From contig AP039693.1 of NCBI GenBank assembly GCA_051599415.1, positions 372,001 to 436,000 on the forward strand: DNA of 64,000 nt, read 5' to 3'. Position numbers and translations under genes: made by a program. This DNA comes from Savitreella phatthalungensis (Eukaryota). The notes beneath the pieces are model-generated. The model made no database searches and had not been told where the DNA came from. It saw only the letters and a list, made by a program, of their open reading frames with translations. This document shows, piece after piece, positions 54,782-64,000 of this stretch. Within the stretch, counting starts at the first letter, position 1, and each line of letters opens with the position of its first letter.

Positions 54782-56230
54782 ATGGTGGCGGAAGATGGCG
54801 AGCAGGAAGAGCTCTCGGGACTTGACGAGGAGGAGCTAGCATTACGCCGAACGCTGTCGTCCTTCTCTCTTTACAGACCGTACATGCACAGCGTCAACCA
54901 GCTCCGGCGGACCGATCTGCTCGCGCTGCCGTACCGGCATAGGCAGCTGATCCCAAAGCACATGGACGTCCTGACGCGCGCTGACGATGCGATCGACTTG
55001 AATGCGGATTTTTGCGAGGCAATGCTCGATCACGCGTCCCAGTTTCTCCTCGGAGTACCCTGGGATCCATCGCTCCGGGTCACGCCCGGCGACAACGACC
55101 TCGAGAAGGCTCGACAGACTGTCCGGCAGCTTGTCAGGGACTGGTCGGCAGAAGGCCAGGCCGAGAGAGAGCTCTCGAACGGTCCGCTCCTGCGTGCGCT
55201 AGCGAAGGAGTGGCCTGATGTGACGGCACGGTCAGGTGTGCGGGTGCTGGTGCCTGGTTGCGGACTCGCAAGGTTGCCACTCGACATTGCACGGATGGGT
55301 TTTGAGGCTACGGGGAACGAGTTCTCCTACCACATGCTAGCCGCCTCAAGCTACATTCTGAACGGCATTCACTGGCCGCATCAGCATCAAATTGCACCAT
55401 ATGTACACTCCTTCAGCAACCATGCCAGAAGAGAAGATTGCCTGCGCCGGGTCAGTATTCCTGACGTTTGCCCAGCAGATGCGCTAGGTCAGCCTGGCGA
55501 AGACACGATGCCACCTCGGCCGCCCGTTAGTGATGGACAGCCAAAGGAGCAACCTGCACATGCAAATCAATCTTCTGGTGGCGAAATGCCAGGCGTCAAC
55601 GGAGGCAACCGGATGTCGATCGCCGTCTCATCTTCGTCGATGTTCAACGGACCCCGTCACTCGCATCACATCACTACGTCTTCGCCTGGAGTGGTGGGCA
55701 ATGGTACCGTGCAACTGTCGCGGCCCGTTGTTCTCGTTGCCAAGGGTGTACCTGTTGCACCGGACGCGCACAAAGGCACTATCTCGATGTGGGCTGGGGA
55801 CTTCATCGAGTCATGTGCAGGGGTGGATGTCGAGGCGACGTTCGACGCCGTTGTCACCAGCTTTTTCATCGATACGGCGCACGATCCTATGATGTACATG
55901 CGCAGCATCTCCGACGTCCTTCGACCTGGTGGCATCTGGTGCAATCTTGGCCCACTGCAGTGGCACTGGGAAGGAGGCGCGGGACGGCGGGATCGCGATG
56001 ACGGCAGTGCTCTGGGAATCGCGGGTCGGCGTGCCGTGAGCGAGGAAGGCGAATTCATCGGATCGATCGAGCTTGCCATGGATGAGCTCCTTGACCTGCT
56101 CCCGTCTTTTGACTTTGACCTGATCAAGCAGGAAGATCACCCTGGTGTCCCGTACATGAGCGATGCACGTGGACTCCACCCAAATTTGTACAACTGCAAG
56201 TTCTTCCTGGCGCGGAAGCGCGGCGCCTGA
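54782..56230 (+). CDS. CARNMT1: Carnosine N-methyltransferase (N2227-like)
   Basis: RQLVRDWSAEG..ER, VLVPGCGLARL, GNEFSYHML, AGDF, TSFFIDTA and GG.W.NLGPL.WH. Confidence 0.93.
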   Translation: MVAEDGEQEELSGLDEEELALRRTLSSFSLYRPYMHSVNQLRRTDLLALPYRHRQLIPKHMDVLTRADDAIDLNADFCEAMLDHASQFLLGVPWDPSLRVTPGDNDLEKARQTVRQLVRDWSAEGQAERELSNGPLLRALAKEWPDVTARSGVRVLVPGCGLARLPLDIARMGFEATGNEFSYHMLAASSYILNGIHWPHQHQIAPYVHSFSNHARREDCLRRVSIPDVCPADALGQPGEDTMPPRPPVSDGQPKEQPAHANQSSGGEMPGVNGGNRMSIAVSSSSMFNGPRHSHHITTSSPGVVGNGTVQLSRPVVLVAKGVPVAPDAHKGTISMWAGDFIESCAGVDVEATFDAVVTSFFIDTAHDPMMYMRSISDVLRPGGIWCNLGPLQWHWEGGAGRRDRDDGSALGIAGRRAVSEEGEFIGSIELAMDELLDLLPSFDFDLIKQEDHPGVPYMSDARGLHPNLYNCKFFLARKRGA

Positions 56231-56240
56231 GAGAAGCCTC

Positions 56241-57173
56241 TCAGACGTTGAGAAGTTGGCTGACAGCAGCACAGACTGCGACCTTCGCTGCTAGCGCTGT
56301 GCTAACGAGAGCAGCGATGCTGAGGTAGCGAGCGTCTGGTATGAGAAGCCGGACTGCTTCGATGTTGTATAGGAGAACGACGGCATCGACGAGTGTGCCG
56401 CTGGTCGGCGACATCGGTAACCGGACGGCAGCGCTCGACGTCCCCTCCGCATACCGCCAGACGACCATCAGCAGCGACAGTACTTTCGCCCCAGATGAGA
56501 TCACAAGCGCCGTGCTCACCGCGTTTCCTTCCCTGTACCCAAGCACCCTCCTGGTCCACCACCGCATCCACGCATGCGTGACCACCATTCCGACGAGTGA
56601 CACCGCGCCGAATGATAGATACGTCTGCATGAGCGAGATCTGTGGCGATTGGTGTGTCTTTGAGGTCGACAGGGACGATGTATCCGCGCGATACCATGCC
56701 AAGTCTATTCACAAATTAGTCTCTGTCAGCTGCCATAGCATCCACCGTAGATTGCCGAGCGGTTAGGAGCCTCACATATATCGAAAGCCAATTGTAACAA
56801 AGCAAGCTTGATCGTGACCGGCTACGGTATCGACTGTCAGCATCTATAGCCTGCATGCATGTTTCTACTCGAGGATAAGCAGATCTTACGTTGAGGCCAT
56901 CGTTCTCAAGCGCGAGCTTGTTGAAGAGCAGATGCCGGTACACCTGCGGTTTGATAAGGAGAGCGTCGATGCCGATCAGGACGAGATCGTACTCGACGTA
57001 CCTGTCTGCAAACTCGAGGCATCGTGGCTACAACCGTTGTCAGTCACTCCGGAACTTTTGGAGGGGGGAACAGGGGAAAAGGAGACACATACACACTGGG
57101 TCAATCGGAAATTATCCTTCGAGTAGCACGTGTAGAGCGAATCGACAGGCGCACTGCACTCGACGCACCGCAT
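56241..57173 (-). CDS. ARV1: Sterol homeostasis protein Arv1 (4 exons)
   Basis: Spliced MRCVECSAPVDSLY..YS..N.RLTQC|PRC..FADRYVEYD..L..ID.LLIKPQVYRHLLFN|...LAFDI|YLAW, with three GT-AG introns. Confidence 0.92.
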
Positions 57174-57533
57174 CCCGGCGGACGCGAAACAGCTGTCAAA
57201 GTCGTTCAGAAGGAGGCGAGGTGTGATAGACAGCGGTGTTGTTGTGCATCCAGCCGGCCTTGCCAAATCAATAAATGACCAAAACGAACGCAATGTGATG
57301 TGACGTGACATGACAGTGTGATGCACAAGGGAAGGCCTGTCTATGGAGGAAGAGCACGAATGTATGATGTTCGGTTCTCGGAGTGGTCATAACGGTCATC
57401 AAATTCTACGTGAAGGCTTTTGTGTGGACAGAGACGGAAGAGAAGGATCTTTGTGCACAGGGATGTCTGATTTATGAGTCTGCTGCGATGACTTCAAGAG
57501 CAGAGGCGACCCGTGCCGAGAGATGAAAGCACG

Positions 57534-57879
57534 CTAGAAGGCTGACTTGCCGTAGCTCTCGTTTGCCTTGCGTGGTGCAACTAAAGGATGTAGCTGGGCG
57601 AGGTATCTGCACCGCGGAAGTTAGTAGACAGAAAGACATAGATCGGGTGGGGATGGATGGGAGGCATACGTGATCATCCACATGAGGTACATGGACACGA
57701 GGGTGAGAATTGAGGTGAAGCGCCATACTCTGAGCACTGTTAGTCGATCGCAGGATTTGGAGGGAGGAGGAATGGAAGACGCACGTCTGGTTGTCACCTT
57801 TAGGGGAGAACAGGTAACAGCCGATGGAGAGGCCGACGACGGCTGCGAAGACGATGACGATTGTGAAGCCGGACATCAT
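57534..57879 (-). CDS. VMA9: V-ATPase subunit e (3 exons)
   Basis: MSGFTI..SPKGDNQT|VWR.T.ILT...MYLMWMIT|YLAQLHPLVAPR, with two short introns. The exact 3' end is uncertain. Confidence 0.88.
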
Positions 57880-58464
57880 TGAGAGTTCTCAAGCTCGATG
57901 AAGCGCTTCCGTACGCCAGAAATGGATGAGGAGCGACAGTGGAGGTGAACTCAAAATAGAATAGGAGAGTCGACCTATAGTATACTGCTGCTGAATGACG
58001 ATGTGTTTGGACGGTGTCACTCCACTATAGAACAATCGCTGCATAGTTGGCTGATTCGAATGCAAGTGCAGTAGTATGGCTATGGCTTGAACATCCAATT
58101 CTACTCACTCAAATTCATGATCCGTATGTACTTGTGAGGTCACGTGTCCTGGATCAGTGGACAAGTCACACATAGTCTTCGAAATTGAAATCATTCTCTA
58201 TCGAATTTATTATCTGCAGAAGTGAAATTAAGAACATTGACTTATCGTTGCAACATATTATTATGCATGAGAGCTGTAGAATCTAGAAATTACATTCCGA
58301 TCTGTAAATAATTTTATTCAAACTTTGATCATTCAAATTTGAATATTGCCTGCATTCGCCTCGACCAAAACCATTTCTATCCTTGTCAGATCCAACTCGT
58401 CTGAATTTTCGTTTGATTCTAATAATTTCCTCCCGGCGGGCAGTGTTCCGATTGCAGGCGATCC

Positions 58465-58626
58465 AGTGAGTGAGAGTGAGTGAGTTGAAGTGAGTGAGTG
58501 AGAGAGTGAGGTACTGGGTCACACAGAGTGACAGAGTTACAGACAGACCGGGATCTGAGCGAGACCAGAGTGAGTACTGAGTGAGTACTGAGTGAGTGCA
58601 GAGTGAGTAACTCCATAGTACAGTGA
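58465..58626. repeat. Degenerate (GAGT)n microsatellite
   Basis: gtgagtgagagtgagtgagttgaagtgagtgagtgagagagtgag... in the VMA9/ATP20 divergent intergenic region. Confidence 0.75.
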
Positions 58627-58835
58627 GCGAACCTTACACCGGATACACACACATACCTTCCAGCACTGCCTCTCACTCCCCTCTCTCTCTCTCTTTCTCT
58701 CTCCACTACGCCATCACCAACCACCAACCAACGACCTATCTACCTAGCAGAACCAGCTGAATCACAAACCCTGATCTCGAGTCCTTTCTTAAAAACATAT
58801 CTTCCCCTTTTTCCCCCTCACTGTTCTACATCACC

Positions 58836-59327
58836 ATGTTCCGCGCAGGTATCGTCAACAGGCAGCTCCTCCGCACAACTCGCCGTCAATTCGCACGTGC
58901 AGAGTCAACCACAACCGCCAAGGCGACCGAGAAGGCATCCGAGCTATCGACCAAGGCTCAGGAGCAGGCAAAGGCTGCTGCCAACAAGGCATCCTCCGCC
59001 CTTTCTGGTGCAGCTTCCACTGCATCCAACCAGCTCGGACGTCTCGGTGGACTGCAGGAGCCGATCGTCTATTGGTCCAAGGTAGTCGGTCAGCTGGCAA
59101 AGCAGGTGTACATGAAGGAAGGCATGTCACCTCCCTCTGGCTCACAGGTCGAGCAGGTTTACAAGCAGCTCTTCAATGCAGCAAAGTCAGGCAACTTTGT
59201 CGAACAGGCGCGCAACGTCAAGACCTCCAGCCTGCTTAAGCTCGCAGCAGACGGCATCGTTATCTACGGCTTCTACACTGTCGGCGAGATGATCGGCCGT
59301 AGGCACGTGGTCGGCTACGCCGCATAA
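58836..59327 (+). CDS. ATP20: Mitochondrial ATP synthase subunit g
   Basis: Presequence, VYWSKV..QLAKQVY.KEGMSPP and C-terminal GFYTVGEMIGRRHVVGY (GxxxG). Confidence 0.95.
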   Translation: MFRAGIVNRQLLRTTRRQFARAESTTTAKATEKASELSTKAQEQAKAAANKASSALSGAASTASNQLGRLGGLQEPIVYWSKVVGQLAKQVYMKEGMSPPSGSQVEQVYKQLFNAAKSGNFVEQARNVKTSSLLKLAADGIVIYGFYTVGEMIGRRHVVGYAA

Positions 59328-59660
59328 ATGTAGAGCCCACCGACAGCTAGATCCCAGGAAGACCCGCCAATCTCTCCAAGAAGGTCTACCTGAGTCATTG
59401 CAGCAAATTATCAGGGCTTGATCCCAAAGTTGCAGCATCTTGACTACATCGTGCTGATGAATACGGATGGAGAATCCACGTTCGACCTTTCAGCGTCACT
59501 AAAAACAGCATGCCATCACCTGGCTTTCTCGCCTGATCACACCTCACCCGCATCAACATCCACATCACAATCTATCATACCACCTGGCACCTCTTCGCCC
59601 ACCACTACGACACAATAGACGGCGACATTGTGAATATGCCGTAACAGAATCACGACAAGA

Positions 59661-59718
59661 TCTGACTCTGACTGACTCTGACCCTGACTTGACTTGACTT
59701 GACTTGACTTGACTTGAC
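59661..59718. repeat. (TGACT)n pentamer repeat with TGACTC variants
   Basis: tctgactctgactgactctgaccctgacttgacttgacttgacttgacttgacttgac. Confidence 0.85.
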
Positions 59719-60140
59719 ATTGCATGAATCGCTCCAGCTTGACTTGATGTGAGATGTGTTTATTCAAGCGTGCCATGTATGACACAAGTTGGTATCCTCA
59801 CTGACGGAATATGTGTTTGCTGTAGAACTTAGGTCTACATTCAAGTTCACGTGTATGGTATAATTGTGGCATCTTCCGACGTCGATCAAATGGATAATTT
59901 CTCCACTCTGTCACTCCATCAATCAATCAATCACCCATCCATCCAAGCGTACGTGTAAACCCTGACGCAATCCTACGACCTACACATCTTCCTTATCCTC
60001 ATACTTACGCTGACTGTGAGACTATCATCTCAACTGTCTGTTCATCAGGATTCTCGTTCCGTCATCATCAGTACCATTCCTAGGGAAACAATTTCATCTC
60101 CACAGATCGTTCATTCACGGACAGCGATTCACACCATCCG

Positions 60141-61340
60141 ATGGCAGCACCAAGACCCTTCAAGGTCGATGTTCCTGAAGAGACACTCGATCTCATCCAG
60201 AAGAAACTAGCACTCACTCGTCTTCCAGATGAACTAGAGCTCGAAGAGAAAGATCAATGGAAGTGGGGAGCACCAAAGCATGAGATTGAATCCCTTGTCA
60301 ATCACTGGCGCAACGGCTACGACTGGCGCTCAGTCGAACGCCGCATCAATGAAATGCCTCAGTTCATGATGCACGTTCAGGCGGATGGTCAAGAATCTAT
60401 CGATGTCCACTTTGTTCATGCGCTTTCAAAGCGTCCAAACGCTAAACCTCTGCTCTTCGTTCACGGCTGGCCGGGCAATTTCACAGAAGTTGAAAAGGTC
60501 CTACCATTATGGACAGATCCAAAGAATCCAGATGACCAGGCGTTCCACGTTATCGCCCCGTCTCTCCCGGGGTTCTGCTTCTCTGAGGCCAACAAGAAAC
60601 CTGGGTTCGGCATCTTTGAGATGGCTGCAACCCTGAATCAACTCATGATCCAGCTCGGCTATGAACGGTATATCGCTCAAGGTGGCGACTGGGGTTCTTT
60701 CGTGTGCAGAGCGCTAGCCAGACGTCACTCCGACAATTGCCGTGCTATCCACACCAACATGTTCGTGGTCCGACCGCCGAGCAAAGCAAATGTTTACGAG
60801 GTCGCCAAGTATCTTCTCGGTGGCTACAGCACGCGTGAAATTGACGACCTCACGGCTACCCAGAAATTCGTTGATGAAGAAACAGGATACCAGGCGATCC
60901 AAGGTACAAAGCCACAGACACTCAACTACGCGCTCGCTGACTCGCCTGTCGGCCAGCTTGCTTGGATTCGTGAGAAGCTCTACACCTGGACAGATAGCTA
61001 CCCGTGGACAAAGGACGAAATCATTACCTGGGCGATGCTTTACTATGTCAACAACCAGCCTGCGACGCGCATCTACAAGGAATTCATCCGAATCAGAGGC
61101 TCTTTCATCGGAGACCACATCCCCGTCCCCGTTGCTGTCAGCAACTTCCCAAAGGAAATCTACCGGATGCCGCAGTCGTGGATTCGCAAGGTCGCCCAAC
61201 AGCTGCTCGGCTGGTACCAGCATGACAAGGGCGGTCATTTTGCAGCCACCGAGCAACCTGAAGCGCTCGCAGCCGACCTTCAAAAGTTCGTCAAAGTCCT
61301 CAGAGGCAATAAGGCTTGGGTCGAGCGAGCCAAGTTTTAA
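60141..61340 (+). CDS. Epoxide hydrolase (EHN plus alpha/beta hydrolase; no N-terminal anchor)
   Basis: PRPFKVDV, W...YDWR..E, HGWPG, nucleophile in QGGDWG, DSPVG and GGHFAA.EQP. C-terminus AKF. Confidence 0.95.
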   Translation: MAAPRPFKVDVPEETLDLIQKKLALTRLPDELELEEKDQWKWGAPKHEIESLVNHWRNGYDWRSVERRINEMPQFMMHVQADGQESIDVHFVHALSKRPNAKPLLFVHGWPGNFTEVEKVLPLWTDPKNPDDQAFHVIAPSLPGFCFSEANKKPGFGIFEMAATLNQLMIQLGYERYIAQGGDWGSFVCRALARRHSDNCRAIHTNMFVVRPPSKANVYEVAKYLLGGYSTREIDDLTATQKFVDEETGYQAIQGTKPQTLNYALADSPVGQLAWIREKLYTWTDSYPWTKDEIITWAMLYYVNNQPATRIYKEFIRIRGSFIGDHIPVPVAVSNFPKEIYRMPQSWIRKVAQQLLGWYQHDKGGHFAATEQPEALAADLQKFVKVLRGNKAWVERAKF

Positions 61341-61437
61341 TCAAAAGAACGACAACCGATCTTCCTCTTCCTATCCTTACTCCCCTGACCTTTCAGGGCT
61401 CATCATATAAGAGAATCTATGTCTATGTTATACTGAA

Positions 61438-63135
61438 TTATTTGAGCCAGGTCGGCTGGATCCTTCTGCCTATCTCCAGATACTCCTGTAGTCGCTCCTG
61501 CGAGGGCGTCTTTCCTTGTGGCATTCTCCAAAACACTCGCCACTGAGTACCTGTCTCTGCGCCGTCGGACCCGATTCCTGCCACCGTAGCCTGTCCTGTG
61601 CAGCGTTCAAAGTACCACTTGTTGACTGGATTGTTTGCTCGACTCCTCCAGATGAGTTCCTTGTCGAAGGTAGCGACGAGGACATTGAAGAGAATATCAG
61701 CAACGCCTCCAGACCCTTGCCTCGCCCTGAGCACAGCAAACTTATCTAGATAAGCCACCTTGTCACCTTCATATGTCACAATCGCAGCACCCTCGTAATC
61801 CCCAGCGACAATCACAGCAGCCACAGTCTTACCAACCCGATTCAAGTACCCTGCCATATCAATCTGCCTTCCGAACGAGTCGTCGATTAGGGCTGCGAGC
61901 TTGCGCAAATCGAGCGAGGCCAACTCGATGTCGCGGTAGACAACGACTGGGATGCCCTTGCGGAGGACGGTTGTGGATGAGGGTGGTGTACGGCAGGAGG
62001 TTACCGGGAGTGATGGTGAGAAGAGTGGCTTGTCTGTAAGGAGGTTGTGGATGAGTGGGTGTGCGCCGCCCGCGGTGTGGTGGGATGCGGCAGTCTGGGG
62101 CGTCGTCACCACTGCTGACGCACCATCACCCAAGTACCCAAGCGCCGTCCGGCACAACTCCAAATTCCGCAAGTGGTGATCAGCCACCTCCCCAGACCCT
62201 TCAGACTTCACTCCACCAGCGGACAACTCCCTCGCCAGCGCATCCGCCTCCTGGTGCAGGTTGATGAAGACGTGCGCGTGGGTGTGTGCGTTGCCAGGCT
62301 TGGCGGCGCCTGCGCTGCGCTGTGGCGAGTGAATTCCACCGACCTGGTCTACGACGATCAACTTGTCGATGACGAGTGCAGATCTGCCGAGATCGTGTTG
62401 AAAGGCGACGGACTCTGGCCTATGGCCGAACGCCCTGCAGAGTGCGATCAGCGCAGAGTCGAGCGTGACGGTCGATCTCCTGCACGACCTGTTCCACACA
62501 CCACGACATCGGATTACGGGCACCTGCTGCCTGAGCACTGGCGCCTTGAGCGTCCTCGTGTCGTACACGCCAACACGACGCTTCGACCGCCGCGGCGTCG
62601 ACGTCTCACGAGAATCCTCGAGCGAGAACAATCCGTCCTCGATCGGCCGTGCAGCCACACCAGCACGCTCGAGCATCAACACCAACCTCCCAGCCTCATC
62701 TCTCCCGCCATCCCCTTCATCCACCACGACGATCGGCTGCAGACCGAGTCTCAGCAACTGCGCAAGCGTGCCCACAATACTCTCCATCAGCGAGTCTGAT
62801 ATCCGGGCGGGATCGCGGATGCCAAGGAGTGCAACGTGGAGCGGCGACCTTGTCGTGATGGACGGTTCAGCGTGGAGGAGTGCGCCGTCGTCTGCGGTGT
62901 TGAAGTGGTCGAGTGTGGAGGAAGGTGCGATCGATAGGGAGTCTGGCTTGTGGTAGGGCTGCTGGTATCGCTCGAGGTAGGCTCTCGCATCGCGCTTGGT
63001 CGCAGTCGCAGCCAAGATCGTCAAGAAGAAGTCCTTGTTCCGTTGAGACTCCGCATAGCTCGGCTTCACCTGGTTGATGATCCACCGAACACCAAGCCGC
63101 GAAACAAAACCCCGTGCACGGACCCCGAGCATCAT
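61438..63135 (-). CDS. ARG2: Mitochondrial N-acetylglutamate synthase
   Basis: FFL.IL.A.ATKRDAR.YL, HVFINL.QE, PLIHNLLTDKP..S.SLP, YLDKFAV and WRSR..NPVNKWYFER. Confidence 0.93.
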   Translation of the reverse strand: MMLGVRARGFVSRLGVRWIINQVKPSYAESQRNKDFFLTILAATATKRDARAYLERYQQPYHKPDSLSIAPSSTLDHFNTADDGALLHAEPSITTRSPLHVALLGIRDPARISDSLMESIVGTLAQLLRLGLQPIVVVDEGDGGRDEAGRLVLMLERAGVAARPIEDGLFSLEDSRETSTPRRSKRRVGVYDTRTLKAPVLRQQVPVIRCRGVWNRSCRRSTVTLDSALIALCRAFGHRPESVAFQHDLGRSALVIDKLIVVDQVGGIHSPQRSAGAAKPGNAHTHAHVFINLHQEADALARELSAGGVKSEGSGEVADHHLRNLELCRTALGYLGDGASAVVTTPQTAASHHTAGGAHPLIHNLLTDKPLFSPSLPVTSCRTPPSSTTVLRKGIPVVVYRDIELASLDLRKLAALIDDSFGRQIDMAGYLNRVGKTVAAVIVAGDYEGAAIVTYEGDKVAYLDKFAVLRARQGSGGVADILFNVLVATFDKELIWRSRANNPVNKWYFERCTGQATVAGIGSDGAETGTQWRVFWRMPQGKTPSQERLQEYLEIGRRIQPTWLK

Positions 63136-63228
63136 TCGAGATCCGTCCGCGCTATTGAAAGGTACTCTCTCAAGCAGCCATAGAAACAGTACTCCCTAGC
63201 GCTGTGACTATTGCCTTCACTAGCTATG

Positions 63229-63235
63229 TGACTCA
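63229..63235. promoter_or_regulatory. TGACTCA (Gcn4/CpcA-type element) upstream of ARG2
   Basis: Perfect TGACTCA about 95 bp upstream of the ATG of an arginine-biosynthesis gene. Confidence 0.4.
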
Positions 63236-63377
63236 ACAAAGCAGTGTCTGGGATATACCATTGCGTCTGGGCATGAAGGGGGAAAAACTCCGGCTCCGCA
63301 ATTCCCTTCTGCCCATCCGGACACGACATAGACGACGCACCGGCAAAGTCACCTCTTATACGGCTGCCAGTCTTAGC

Positions 63378-64000
63378 ATGCACGCTATTTTGTCTGCGGG
63401 AGGCATGTTCAGAGTGCCTGTGTCTTCCGGGCGACCGCGCGTTAGGAAACGAGCCTTACAAGATCGCGAACGTGTCGAACTCAACGAAGAGGTACAGCAA
63501 GCAGAAGCGTCAGGCAGCGCGACCAGCGAGTCGGAGGACGACGCTGACGCTGCAGACAATCAAGCGACACCTGTAAACGACGAAGACGATGACGATCTAT
63601 ACTTGGAACCACGCAACACGCTTGTAGGGCAGCGCGCACGGCATCTCCAGGTCCTCACAGAACTCGTCCACCGGCTGATGCTGTCTGGCGAATGGGAGCG
63701 TGCGTTCAGTGCATACTCGCTTCTTCTGAGGACGGACAAGGTGGATGTGCGGCTGTGTTATTCTCAGGGCGTGGTGATTCTTGACCACATCGACCTGACA
63801 GGTGAAAAGGCGTGCGCGTTCCTGCAGCGGTTGGCGATTGCGCATCCAGCCCCGACGTCACGCCGGCTACGGGGTCCCGTGGGATCGACGGCCAGCGCAG
63901 CTCACGCAGGCGCAGTCCCGGGTAAGGCAGACCCAGGCCGAAAGCCGAACGCGCACGAGTTCGTGAGGGATCTTGCCCGGCACAGATCCGCCTTCGCCAT
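63378..64000 (+). CDS. RRN11: RNA polymerase I core factor subunit Rrn11 (5' part; runs off the window end)
   Basis: In-frame ATGs at 63378 and 63405. HLQVLTELVHRLMLSGEWERAFSAYSLLLRTDKVDVR...QGVVIL matches the recalled Rrn11 N-terminal motif. Absent from the ORF track because no stop is reached. Confidence 0.78.
   Translation, partial: MHAILSAGGMFRVPVSSGRPRVRKRALQDRERVELNEEVQQAEASGSATSESEDDADAADNQATPVNDEDDDDLYLEPRNTLVGQRARHLQVLTELVHRLMLSGEWERAFSAYSLLLRTDKVDVRLCYSQGVVILDHIDLTGEKACAFLQRLAIAHPAPTSRRLRGPVGSTASAAHAGAVPGKADPGRKPNAHEFVRDLARHRSAFA

Noticed and set aside
239..59327. Apparent enrichment of mitochondrial or respiratory genes (COQ4, COA4, MRPL37, HAP2, COA2, ATP20)
   Set aside because: They are dispersed among unrelated genes; this density is plausible by chance in a compact genome.
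1..64000. TGA-CTA stop-codon readthrough producing cryptic peroxisomal isoforms
   Set aside because: None of the enzyme stop codons I inspected has the TGA CTA context.

Overview
Gene-dense, intron-poor fungal nuclear DNA. Short GT-AG introns with CTRAC branch points and the protein sequences suggest an ascomycete, probably Taphrinomycotina-like (inference). About 37 protein-coding genes are supported, mostly conserved housekeeping genes: COQ4, poly(A) polymerase, COA4, prolyl oligopeptidase, mL54, PAN6, an FlbA/Sst2-type RGS, BRO1, ERG28, YIP4, a Upc2-like Zn2Cys6 factor, SEC63, prefoldin 4, tubulin cofactor B, a Nup1/Nup153-type nucleoporin, TspO, HAP2, RPB4, CHIP, RPS5, Asl1/GH128, COA2, RIB4, a TauD-type dioxygenase, CARNMT1, ARV1, VMA9, ATP20, an epoxide hydrolase, ARG2 and RRN11. 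I found no rRNA, tRNA, transposon or CRISPR. Main leads: (1) the 424-aa ORF at 53197-54471 resembles vertebrate shieldin subunit SHLD3 at both ends, by eye and from recalled sequence; (2) RPS5 has substitutions in normally near-invariant motifs and a 375-nt intron with nested long-range helices; (3) the prolyl oligopeptidase has a CUG-initiated, presequence-like N-terminal extension; (4) a candidate H/ACA-like ncRNA lies near 28.3 kb; (5) a four-exon orphan gene lies at 12.1-13.1 kb. All family assignments come from motif recognition; no database search was run.
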